A stretch of DNA of 64,000 bases from an uncultured Actinomycetota bacterium (GTDB lineage Bacteria > Actinomycetota > Actinomycetes > JAHEKZ01): the NCBI GenBank assembly GCA_963829525.1, contig CAWHIJ010000003.1:992001-1056000 (forward strand). The letters run 5' to 3'. The position numbers were made by a program, and so were the translations under genes. Positions 38,932 to 47,459 of the stretch are shown in pieces; the first letter of the stretch is position 1; the number at the start of each line of letters is the position of its first letter. The notes under the pieces are model-generated. The model was not told the origin of the DNA, did not search any database, and worked only from the letters and a program-made list of their open reading frames with translations.

Positions 38932-39060
38932 GGTCCCCCTCCCCAGTGGTCGTCTACCCCCCGGGGAGCAGGTTACGGCGTACTGGTGGGGCCGCGAGGA
39001 GGAGTCCGATGACTACATGCTCCAAACGGGTTCAACATGGTTCTTTCTAGCCCTCCGCGA

Positions 39061-39076
39061 TAGCCTAATTGGGCTA
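39061..39076. promoter_or_regulatory. Palindromic site in the divergent promoter region
   Basis: TAGCC-TAATTG-GGCTA. Confidence 0.35.
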
Positions 39077-39191
39077 ATCATGGTCAAGGTTCGGCCTCAG
39101 AGGCCCCTGCTCCTTGACGTTCACACCTGTCACACCCTTCACTTCCGTTTCGGTGGTCTTTTCTTTTCTGAGCGGCCATCAGACAACTGAA

Positions 39192-39432
39192 GAGGGTGGA
39201 TCGGGGATCGGCAGCGGAAGTGCTGCTTTATCTCGTGTCGTTCCTTTGGGAGCACACACCTTGAGCGGAGCGGATGCCGCATGAGCCATAGCGGGGCTCG
39301 TGACATCTCAGGCAAGGGGTGATTCCCACACAATGAGCAAGCTTGTTTCCGCGGTTGAGCGTTTCCTTTCCAGCGGTGCTGGTTGGTCATGGCACTAGAA
39401 ACCGTTGCGCTGCCGATCCCCGATCCCCCCTC
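39192..39432. repeat. Long-range inverted repeat enclosing the small peptide ORF
   Basis: GGATCGGGGATCGGCAGCG (39198-39216) is the exact reverse complement of CGCTGCCGATCCCCGATCC (39408-39426). After one mismatch it extends via GAGGG (39192-96)/CCCTC (39428-32). Confidence 0.9.
39333..39398 (+). CDS. Putative 21-aa signalling peptide MSKLVSAVERFLSSGAGWSWH
   Basis: Read manually from ATG 39333 to TAG 39398; RBS AAGGGGTGA at 39314-39322; same strand as, and 58 nt upstream of, the first HD-GYP gene. Confidence 0.65.
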   Translation: MSKLVSAVERFLSSGAGWSWH

Positions 39433-39456
39433 ACCCTTCCCCCAGGAGTCGACCGC

Positions 39457-40896
39457 ATGCTGCAGCTGCGTCCAGCAGCGAAGGTGTACCTGACCGTCGT
39501 TACGGTCGGTGCCCTCGCTGCGCTGATCGCTGCCACGGTGCAGATAGTCGAAAATCCCGAGCACCTCAGTGTGCTGTTGGTGCTGGCCCCAATCTTCATT
39601 CTGTCGATCTACCTGAAGTCGCGGATGACGCAACAGGTAGACCTGTCGGCGAACGTGCCGATCTTGATTGCCGCCTACCTGATCGGTGGGTGGCAAGTTG
39701 CTTGTCTTGTCGGAGTCTCAGCTGTCGTGCTTGATCGGCGCAAGGCCCTGTCGCGCGTTCTCTTCAACAACGCGCAATGGGTGCTGATGGGCTTGGCTGG
39801 CGGGCTGATCTACGACGCGATGGGCGGCATCTCGATGCAGATGCTGCCCGGTGGAGGATTCCCTACGTATCTGCTTGGCGCGATCGTCGTCTCGATCGTG
39901 GCCGTGATCGGCGTCAACGCTGCGCTCATGCTCGGCATCTTGGCGACTCAGGAACAGATCAAGGCCAGCACGATCTGGCGAAACATGGTGCTCACCTCTG
40001 TTGGTCCCTACTTCGCCTACATGCTGCTGGGCTTGCTGATGGCCGTCCTCTGGTCGATCGGCGGAGGCTTTGCGGCTGCCCTTGTCCTCCTTCCACTGCT
40101 TGTCGCCCGCCGTGCCTGGAACCAGTACGCAGAGCAACGTGAGGCGTACGAGTCGACGATCAGGGCGCTGGTGCAGGCGGTGGAGACCAAGGACCACTAC
40201 ACGCGCGGTCACAGCGAGCGGGTGTCGCGCGCCTCGGTGCTGATCGCGCGAATCCTTAACATGCGCGAAGATCGCGTCGAGGCGCTGCGGTACGCGGGCA
40301 TCCTGCACGATGTCGGCAAGCTGGGCGTGCCAACCAGGGTGCTGCAGAAGACCGGACCGCTGAGCGACATGGAGTTCGCCGCCATCAAGCGCCACCCCAG
40401 GAACGGTACCGAGATGGTCCGCGGAATCGCCTTCCTCGAGGAGGCCTACAACGGCATCATGCATCACCACGAGCGGCTCGACGGTCGTGGCTACCCCTTG
40501 GGTCTGTCCGGAAACGACATCCCTGAGTTTGCCAGGATCATTGCGGTTGCCGACGCGTTCGACTCCATGACGTCGACGCGTTCCTACCGAGGAGCGCGAG
40601 ACGTGTCCGAAGCCCTGAGAGAGCTTGAGAACTGTGCGGGAACGCAGTTCGACCACGCCATGGTCCAGGCGTTGATCACGGCGCTGCAACGTGATCCGTG
40701 GACGACGGTGGCTCCATCTGAGAAGCGTCAGGTAGACGTCGAGCTGGGGTCGCCAACGTTCGACCACGACGACCCGGCGGCGAACCTGCCGACCGAGCCC
40801 GATGTCCAGGTGGCCGCCGAGGCGGCAGCCTCGGAGGCGCTCAACGCGCGAATGCTGCACAGGCGCGACGTCTTGCGTCGAGGTGATTGGTCATGA
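39457..40896 (+). CDS. Membrane-bound HD-GYP c-di-GMP phosphodiesterase (HdgA-like)
   Basis: About 7 N-terminal TM segments; KDHYTRGHSERV, LHDVGK, HHERLDGRGYP and VADAFDSMTS.R.YR are intact; RBS AGGAG. Position after sigR-rsrA matches Streptomyces hdgA as I recall it. Confidence 0.88.
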   Translation: MLQLRPAAKVYLTVVTVGALAALIAATVQIVENPEHLSVLLVLAPIFILSIYLKSRMTQQVDLSANVPILIAAYLIGGWQVACLVGVSAVVLDRRKALSRVLFNNAQWVLMGLAGGLIYDAMGGISMQMLPGGGFPTYLLGAIVVSIVAVIGVNAALMLGILATQEQIKASTIWRNMVLTSVGPYFAYMLLGLLMAVLWSIGGGFAAALVLLPLLVARRAWNQYAEQREAYESTIRALVQAVETKDHYTRGHSERVSRASVLIARILNMREDRVEALRYAGILHDVGKLGVPTRVLQKTGPLSDMEFAAIKRHPRNGTEMVRGIAFLEEAYNGIMHHHERLDGRGYPLGLSGNDIPEFARIIAVADAFDSMTSTRSYRGARDVSEALRELENCAGTQFDHAMVQALITALQRDPWTTVAPSEKRQVDVELGSPTFDHDDPAANLPTEPDVQVAAEAAASEALNARMLHRRDVLRRGDWS

Positions 40897-42180
40897 GACG
40901 AACGTGGGCTGATGAGTTCTCCGGTGGCTCGGTGCTGGTTGTTGTCGGTGGCCTGCTGCTTGCCGTCGCCGGCAGTTGCCGCCACAGCGTCCCAACCGGT
41001 TCTCGACCCGCAGATAGCTCTGGCGTTCGGTGCCTTGATCGCAGTTGGTGAGCTGGTCAGGGTGAACCTCCCCGGTGACCGTTCGGCTGCGCCGATCGGG
41101 GCGGCCGGCGGACTGGCCTACGCCTTGCTCGGCGACTTCCCTCAGGCGGGACCTGACGATACGACCTACGGGGTACTCCAAGTCGTGGCGGTCACCACGA
41201 TCGCCATCCTCGTCGGGGCCGTGCCGCACATGGCAGTCGGGCAGCCGCCGCGCCTTGAGTCGCTGGCCCGCCGCGTGCTGATCGTCGGGTTTGCCGCTCT
41301 GCTCTTCCGTCCGCTCTACACCAACGGAAACCTCGATGGGCTCGCTGACCCGAAGTGGCAGCTCCCGGCGTTCATGCTCGCCATCGTGCTCCTCTGCGGC
41401 TTGGTCGACGCGCTGCTGGCGGCCCTTGCCCGCTCAGGTCGAGAGCGCAGTCCGTTCACGGCCGCCGCACGCGACGAGTTCGGAGCGCTGCTCGGGATCG
41501 GTTCGGCGATCGGCGCCACCGGCGTCCTCATCGCGCTGGCTGCCGGGGTCATGGGTTACTGGGCGCTCCCCCTGTTCGCGCTTCCGCTGCTCGTGGCGCA
41601 GTTCTCGTTCCGTCGCTACGCGAGCATCCGGGCCACCTACGACCAGACGATCCAGGCGCTCTCCCGAGTCACCGAGGTGGGCGGCTACACCGAGACGGGG
41701 CATTCCCAACGGGTGGCCCAGTTGTCGGTCGCCGTTGGACGCGAGATGGGGCTCTCTGAGGACGACATCAAGGACCTGAAGTACGCAGCTCTGATGCACG
41801 ACATCGGGCAGCTCTCGCTCACCGACCCGATCTCCGGCGGTGCCACGACGCTGATCGCCCGTGACGAGCAGCGACGCATTGCGGCGTACGGGGCTGAGGT
41901 GATCCGGCAGAGCGGGATGGACCGGGTGGCGCACATCGTCGAGCAGCAGACCGAGCCTTTCCGGCGTCCTGGGCAGCCGTTCGACGCCAACATCCCCGTG
42001 GCCAGCCGCATCATCCGGGTGGCCAACGCTTACGACGACTTCGCTGGCGGATCGATGGAGAGCGTGCAGCGCATGTACGCCCTCGGCCGACTGCGCGAAG
42101 GAATGGCTGAGGAGTACGACCCCACGGTGGTCGACATCGCCAGCCGGGTTGTCGAGCGCACCATGCTGGTGGATGTCTGA
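40893..42180 (+). CDS. Membrane-bound degenerate HD-GYP protein (HdgB-like); probable +1 frameshift near 40971
   Basis: ATGA overlap at 40893 gives MRRTWADEFSGGSVLVVVGGLLLAVA, which joins ORF 40912-42180 if one G is removed. GHSQRV and MHDIGQ are present, but HHExxDGxGYP is replaced by QQTEPFRRPGQP. Confidence 0.82.
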
Positions 42181-42255
42181 GGTTGGTTAAGTCCAAGACC
42201 TGGGCTGACGTCGTGGTTGGATGGGGCGCCGACGTCGGCTGGAGGGAAGTGACTC

Positions 42256-42471
42256 GTGACTGAGCAGATCCGCGCAGAAATGGTGGCGAATGTGCTGTCG
42301 CTGCTGGTGGGCGCCGGCGACGTGGTCGAGCCAGGCCAGGCTGTCGTGATCATGGAATCGATGAAGATGGAGATTCCCGTTCTTGCCGAGCGCGGTGGGA
42401 CGGTGAGCGCCGTATCGGTCGCCGAGGGCGATGTGGTCCAAGAGGGCGATGTCATGGTCGAGATCGCCTGA
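42256..42471 (+). CDS. Stand-alone biotin/lipoyl carrier protein (Tb7.3-like)
   Basis: ESMKMEIP motif; 71 aa; syntenic with the sigH-rshA-whiB1 block. Confidence 0.9.
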   Translation: MTEQIRAEMVANVLSLLVGAGDVVEPGQAVVIMESMKMEIPVLAERGGTVSAVSVAEGDVVQEGDVMVEIA

Positions 42472-42501
42472 TCCCAAAGGACTAGCCTGCTCGGCCTAAA
42501 G

Positions 42502-43716
42502 GTGGCACTTCCTGACGTCGAAGTCTCCCTCGTGGAGACCACTGACATCGATTACGAGCAGCCGACGGGCTCGGACGACCCTGTTGTCGCGGAGGCGGTA
42601 CCGGCCCCGGTGGCAGCCCCGGCGCCTTCAGGGCCCCAGTCGGTCGAGCCGTTCCTGAAAGCGCTCGTCGAAATCGGTGGCTCTGACCTTCATTGCAAGA
42701 CCGGGTCCCCGCCCCGGGTCCGTATCGATGGCCGGCTTCGCAAGTTGCAGGCGCCGTCACTGACGAACATCGACACCGAGAGCATGGTCTCCGAGGTGCT
42801 TCGCGAGCGCCCCGACCTCTGGCAGGAGTTCGTCAACACCAACGAGGCCGACTTCGCCTACTCGATGTCAGGCGTCGGACGCTTCCGTGTGAACGCCTTC
42901 CGTGCCCGGGGAGCAGCTGGCCTGGTGTTCCGCCGAGTCTCGGTTGGGGCAATCGGCCTGGACGACCTGGGTCTGCCTCAGGTGGTCAACGCGCTGGCGA
43001 TGGAGCCGCGCGGACTGGTGCTCGTCACCGGACCAACCGGTTCTGGAAAGACGACGACGCTCGCCGGGATGATCGACCACATCAACCAGAACCGCGAGGT
43101 ACACGTGGTCACGATCGAGGACCCGATCGAGGTCCTCCACTTCGACAAGCTTTCGATGATCAACCAGCGCGAGGTCAAGCTCGACACCGCCGACTTCGCG
43201 ACGGCATTGCGTGCCGGTATGCGCCAGGACCCCGACGTCATCCTCGTCGGTGAGATGCGTGACCCGGAGACCGTGAAGGCGGCCTTGGCCGCGGCTGAGA
43301 CCGGTCACTTCGTCATGTCGACCCTGCACACCACGGACGCGGCTGAGACCGTTAACCGCATCATCGACTTCTTTCCCCCGCACGAGCAGAAGCAGATCCG
43401 CATGACGCTGTCAGAGTCGCTTCGGGGCATCCTGTGTCAGCGTCTCGTCCCGCGCTCAGATGGCTACGGTCGTTGCGTGACGATGGAGGTGCTGGTCAAC
43501 ACCGGCCGCATCGCCGACGCGATCGCAGACCCGGAGAAGACCGGCACGATCACCCAGCTGATCGGCGAGGGCTCCTACTACGGCATGCAGACGTTCGACC
43601 AGCATCTGGTCTCGTTGATCCGTGACGGCGTGATCACGCTCGAGGCCGCCATGCTGGCATCGAGCAGCCCGCACGACCTCACTGTCGAGCTCCGTCGACT
43701 GGGGCTCGTGGCCTGA
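42502..43716 (+). CDS. pilT: PilT/PilU-family type IV pilus retraction ATPase
   Basis: GSDLH, GRFRVN, GPTGSGKTTT, TIEDPIE, RQDPDVILVGEMRD, TGH..STLHT and GMQTFDQ. Confidence 0.88.
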   Translation: MALPDVEVSLVETTDIDYEQPTGSDDPVVAEAVPAPVAAPAPSGPQSVEPFLKALVEIGGSDLHCKTGSPPRVRIDGRLRKLQAPSLTNIDTESMVSEVLRERPDLWQEFVNTNEADFAYSMSGVGRFRVNAFRARGAAGLVFRRVSVGAIGLDDLGLPQVVNALAMEPRGLVLVTGPTGSGKTTTLAGMIDHINQNREVHVVTIEDPIEVLHFDKLSMINQREVKLDTADFATALRAGMRQDPDVILVGEMRDPETVKAALAAAETGHFVMSTLHTTDAAETVNRIIDFFPPHEQKQIRMTLSESLRGILCQRLVPRSDGYGRCVTMEVLVNTGRIADAIADPEKTGTITQLIGEGSYYGMQTFDQHLVSLIRDGVITLEAAMLASSSPHDLTVELRRLGLVA

Positions 43717-43734
43717 CGGGCCTACTCTGGCGCC

Positions 43735-44121
43735 ATGGCGCTCGAGGTGGGACTGCAGGCGGCTCTGGTCCACGTCGTCACACCCGACGACACCGCATCT
43801 GCCGTCGGCAGCGGGGACGTTCCGATGTTGGCCACCCCTCGACTCCTCGCCCTGGCTGAAGCTGCCTGCATCGCGGCCCTGGGCGATGCCGGGTTACCTC
43901 CAGAGAGCACCACGGTTGGCACCCGCGTCGAGCTCGAACATCTGCTTGCGCTGCCGGTCGGTGAGACCGTTCGCGTCGCGGCGCGCCTTGAGCATCTCGA
44001 CGGTCGACTGCTGCGGTTTGAGGTGGTTGCTACCGATGACGGTGATCGGCTGGTGGCCCGAGCCGTCATCACACGTGTGCTCGTCGACACGCAGCGGTTC
44101 TTGGCCCGAGCAGGCCGCTGA
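43735..44121 (+). CDS. FlK-like hotdog thioesterase
   Basis: VGSG.VPMLATP..LAE and VGT.VELEH; TACTCT 6 nt upstream suggests a leaderless transcript. Confidence 0.85.
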   Translation: MALEVGLQAALVHVVTPDDTASAVGSGDVPMLATPRLLALAEAACIAALGDAGLPPESTTVGTRVELEHLLALPVGETVRVAARLEHLDGRLLRFEVVATDDGDRLVARAVITRVLVDTQRFLARAGR

Positions 44122-44163
44122 CCCGACATCTGCCGGGTCAGCTGGTAGGTGGCTCAGGCCTGG

Positions 44164-44328
44164 TCAACGGATGCCGAGGCGGCTCCAGCTCAGCTCGGCG
44201 TCCCGCCAGTCTGACCGCGAGCCAGGCGGGCACCCTGGCCGGTCGGAGCGGATCGTGCGGGCGGTCGCCAGGAGCACCGCTCCGAGCGTGATGACCAAAG
44301 CGGTCATGATGATCAGTGACGCGTCCAT
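44164..44328 (-). CDS. Small single-TM protein (54 aa)
   Basis: MDASLIIMTALVITLGAVLLATARTIRSDRPGCPPGSRSDW...; RBS GAAAGGA; divergent from the AraC gene. Confidence 0.65.
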   Translation of the reverse strand: MDASLIIMTALVITLGAVLLATARTIRSDRPGCPPGSRSDWRDAELSWSRLGIR

Positions 44329-44419
44329 GATCGTCCTTTCTGAGGTGACTGGCGGCGCCGCCGTGGGGTCTGGGCCGCCAGAATGGAGAGGGCTAACGGG
44401 CTGGGGCTGAATCGGTACA

Positions 44420-44496
44420 TGGCAGTTAGTTTGCGTTAGTTCAGTACCTGCCACCAGTGGCACCCTTGACAGGGTAGGCAAACTTTCTGCCATACT
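44420..44496. promoter_or_regulatory. TGGC/GCCA operator motifs and promoter of the GlxA/AdpA-like regulator
   Basis: TGCCACCAGTGGCA (44449-62), GGCA-N7-TGCC (44477-91), TTGACA (44466) and CATACT (44491) 6 nt before ATG 44503. Confidence 0.55.
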
Positions 44497-44502
44497 TGCG
44501 GC

Positions 44503-45471
44503 ATGCTGCAGAACGTGGCCGTGCTGGCCCTGCCCGGTGTCGCCCCCTTCGAGCTGGGAGTCGTCTGCGAGGTTTTCGGGATCGACCGCAGCGACGTCGG
44601 CCTGCCCGCCTTCGACTTCGCGGTCGTGTCCGAAGATGGCGCGCCCGTGACGACGTCGGCCGGCTTCACCGTCGCCACCGAGCACGGCCTGGAGCGCGCC
44701 GCGCAGGCTGACCTCATCTGCGTTCCAGCATCGGACACCGACCGCGGCGTCAGCCCTGCCGTCAGCGAGCTGCTGCATCAGACCGTCGCGCGTGGCGGCC
44801 GCATCCTGAGCGTCTGTAGCGGCGCATTCACACTGGCGGCGGCCGGCTTGCTCGATGACCGTCCGTGCACCACACATTGGTTCCACATGGAAGAGTTCCA
44901 GCAGCGGTACCCACGCGCACAAGTTGTTCCCGACGTCCTGTACGTCGATGACGGCCCCATCATCACGAGCGCAGGGTCGGCAGCCGGGATCGACGCGTGC
45001 CTGCACTTGGTGCGCCAAGAGCTCGGCGCAGCCGTCGCCAACGGGATCGCCCGACGCATGGTGGTGCCCGCCTACCGAGAGGGCGGACAAGCTCAGTTCA
45101 TCGAGCGGCCCGTGCCCGATACCGACGCGGTGACCCTCGGGCCGCTGCTGGACTGGATGACCGAAAACGTCGACGTCGACGTCTCGGTCGACGAGTTGGC
45201 TGCCCGCGCCCACATGTCACCGCGTACCTTCGCAAGGCGGTTCAAGGGCGAGACTGGCAGCACCCCGCACGCCTGGCTGACCCAGCAACGCGTCCAGCAC
45301 GCTGAGCGCCTGCTGGAGGAGACCGATGAGCCCATTGAGCGGATCGCGCAGCTCTGCGGCTTCGGCTCTGCGACGCTGATGCGTCACCACTTCGTCCGGC
45401 AGCGGGGCACGACACCTCAGGCGTTCCGCCGGGCCTTCCGGAACTGTGGACGGGACTCCGGCGCCGCCTGA
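44503..45471 (+). CDS. GlxA/FtrA-family (DJ-1 + AraC) transcriptional regulator
   Basis: SVCSGAF, TTHW, TSAGSAAGIDACL, REGGQAQF and AraC HTH MSPRTFARRF. Confidence 0.92.
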   Translation: MLQNVAVLALPGVAPFELGVVCEVFGIDRSDVGLPAFDFAVVSEDGAPVTTSAGFTVATEHGLERAAQADLICVPASDTDRGVSPAVSELLHQTVARGGRILSVCSGAFTLAAAGLLDDRPCTTHWFHMEEFQQRYPRAQVVPDVLYVDDGPIITSAGSAAGIDACLHLVRQELGAAVANGIARRMVVPAYREGGQAQFIERPVPDTDAVTLGPLLDWMTENVDVDVSVDELAARAHMSPRTFARRFKGETGSTPHAWLTQQRVQHAERLLEETDEPIERIAQLCGFGSATLMRHHFVRQRGTTPQAFRRAFRNCGRDSGAA

Positions 45472-45492
45472 CCCCGCGGAGCCTCGCCGGGC

Positions 45493-45990
45493 CTAGTTTC
45501 CCTGGGGAACGGGCCACCGCCACACCTGCAGCGTGACGTCGGGGACCGGTTGCCAGTCGCGTTCTGGGACGCGGGCATATCGCAGCCGCTCGTAGAACGC
45601 GACCGCGCTCACATTCGTCTCGACCACGGAAAGCACGACGGCGCAGAACTGCTCGGCCCGCGCAGTCTCGTGGACTCGCTGCATCAGCTGGGCGCCGATG
45701 CGTCGGCCTTGAGCTGCAGGAGATACCGCCAACATCCGGACCTCCAGCTCGTCGGCCGTGGCGATCTCGGCGTAGCGGCTGGCCGGCCGGCAGATGGTCA
45801 CGGTGCCGACGAGCAGGTCGTCACAGGTGGCCGCCCAGAGCTCGGCTGCAGCGGCGCGACCGGCTGCGTCCACGAGGGTTCGGCGGTAGGGGTCGGACTC
45901 GCCGAACGTCAGAACGGGGGCGTAGGCCTCGGCCGTGAGGTTTCCGATCGCCGCGTATTCGCAAGGCAAGGCCCCGCGGATGGTCAGCAC
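45493..45990 (-). CDS. GNAT acetyltransferase
   Basis: LAVSPAAQGRRIG motif A and N..AVAFYER. Confidence 0.85.
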   Translation of the reverse strand: MLTIRGALPCEYAAIGNLTAEAYAPVLTFGESDPYRRTLVDAAGRAAAAELWAATCDDLLVGTVTICRPASRYAEIATADELEVRMLAVSPAAQGRRIGAQLMQRVHETARAEQFCAVVLSVVETNVSAVAFYERLRYARVPERDWQPVPDVTLQVWRWPVPQGN

Positions 45991-46000
45991 GGGTGCGGGG

Positions 46001-46246
46001 TCAGACGTTGGTGCGTATCCGGCTGCGGCGCTTCATGGCGCGGCGCTCGTCCTCGGAGAGGCCGCCCCAGACGCCGGCGTCCTGACCGGTCTCGAGCGCC
46101 CACTCAAGGCATGGTTCGATTACCTCGCAGCGTCGGCAGACGGCCTTGGCCTCTTCGACCTGGAGCAGTGCGGGGCCGGTGTTGCCGATGGGGAAGAAGA
46201 GCTCGGGGTCTTCGTCACGGCAGGCGGCACGGTGGCGCCAGTCCAT
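46001..46246 (-). CDS. whiB1: WhiB-family Fe-S transcription factor WhiB1/WblE
   Basis: MDWRHRAACRDEDPELFFPIGNTGPA..C..C..C..GVWGGLSEDERR. Confidence 0.95.
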   Translation of the reverse strand: MDWRHRAACRDEDPELFFPIGNTGPALLQVEEAKAVCRRCEVIEPCLEWALETGQDAGVWGGLSEDERRAMKRRSRIRTNV

Positions 46247-46416
46247 GCGGATGCACACTCCTCAGAGGATCAACGGGGCGTCCGCCGGAGGGCTGCACCG
46301 GGCGACGCACCATTCCGCTCGTCCCTCGGGGGGTCGGAGACGAAACGGCCTTCTCCACCCTTACAGATGGTGGGTCCGACCACAAGACGATCTCCGGGAT
46401 CATTGGGTCGTCGTTA

Positions 46417-46432
46417 TGTCGGATGCGTCACA
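46417..46432. promoter_or_regulatory. CRP/GlxR-like site upstream of whiB1
   Basis: TGTCG-GATGCG-TCACA matches 8 of 10 positions of TGTGA-N6-TCACA; CRP control of whiB1 is known in mycobacteria. Confidence 0.5.
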
Positions 46433-46494
46433 TCCGCGCAGGTCGCGGGGTGGTGAGGGCTGGCGGCGTGATTTCCGTTACGGGCGGGCTGAGG

Positions 46495-47424
46495 TCACGC
46501 GATCACCTGCAGGGCCTTGGGTACCGCCTCGAAGGTGACGCTGGAGCGCTCGCCCAGGTAGTCGCCGTCGACCTGGAAGGCGACCGGCTCGTCGGCGGTG
46601 ACGGTAAAGCTGGTCAGATCGTGGCGGTGGACCACCCCGGCTCCCGTCGGCGGGCGGTCCCGAGAGCTCAGCGACTGGCGGGCAACGCGCAGCGTTCGTC
46701 GGACGCTCACCCGCTCGAGGGCCAGCAGGTCGAGCCCGAGGTCGAAGGACGCCCCGGGGAAGGGATCGACCGGCAGGCGCCCGAGGTAGGTCCATGGGGA
46801 GGTGTTGCCGACCAGGACCATGCCGACGGGTTCACCCACAGCCTCGTCCAGACCAGAGAGGTGCAGGGGCGGGCTGTGGCGGGCCGAGCGCCTGGCCACC
46901 GAGCGTGCTGCCGTCCGCACGTAGAGCGCGTGGCTGGAGCGGCGTCCGGCGGACCGCTTCTGCTCGACCTGCGCGACGACGTCTGCGTCCAGGCCCAGGC
47001 CAGCGGTGAAGGTGAACCAACGGTTGTCAGCGCGGCCGAGGCCGATGGTGCGCGCAGTTCCGGCGCGCAGAAGCTCAAGCAGGTATCCGGTGGCCTCGAC
47101 CTGGTCGTCGGGCATGCCCAGGGATCTGGCGAAGACGTTGGTGCTTCCTCCGGGGACGACAGCAAGGGTCGGCGCTCCTGCGTCGACGCCGTCCGCCAGC
47201 AGACCGTTGACGACCTCGTTCACGGTTCCGTCGCCGCCAAGGACGAGCACCAGGTCTACGCCAGAGCGAGCGGCGCCTGCGGCGAGCTCAGCTGCGTGCC
47301 CCCGTGCCCCGGTTTCGGTGATGTCGAGCGAGAGCTCTGAAGCGAGTGCCTGGGTGAGCACGTCGCGGGCGCGTGGGCTGGTGCTGGTCGCCCTGGGGTT
47401 GACGATGAGCCTTGCCCGCTGCAT
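46495..47424 (-). CDS. Diacylglycerol kinase family protein
   Basis: IVNP, GGDGTVNE, PGGSTNVFAR and QVDGD; syntenic with whiB1. Confidence 0.9.
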   Translation of the reverse strand: MQRARLIVNPRATSTSPRARDVLTQALASELSLDITETGARGHAAELAAGAARSGVDLVLVLGGDGTVNEVVNGLLADGVDAGAPTLAVVPGGSTNVFARSLGMPDDQVEATGYLLELLRAGTARTIGLGRADNRWFTFTAGLGLDADVVAQVEQKRSAGRRSSHALYVRTAARSVARRSARHSPPLHLSGLDEAVGEPVGMVLVGNTSPWTYLGRLPVDPFPGASFDLGLDLLALERVSVRRTLRVARQSLSSRDRPPTGAGVVHRHDLTSFTVTADEPVAFQVDGDYLGERSSVTFEAVPKALQVIA

Positions 47425-47459
47425 GAGCCTCAGCCTACGCCTCCGGCTACGCTCCGCCC

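Noticed and set aside
39009-39050. 13-aa ORF MTTCSKRVQHGSF after GGAGGAG
   Set aside because: SD spacing is only 4 nt, it lies in the divergent promoter region, and it has no distinctive features. Worth revisiting only if conserved.
39180-39330. Possible c-di-GMP riboswitch in the HD-GYP leader
   Set aside because: I could not see the GEMM-I or GEMM-II consensus elements; an Rfam scan would settle it.
45550-47340. 596-aa plus-strand ORF
   Set aside because: Antisense shadow of the GNAT, whiB1 and DAG kinase genes; typical of high-GC DNA, with no recognisable motifs.
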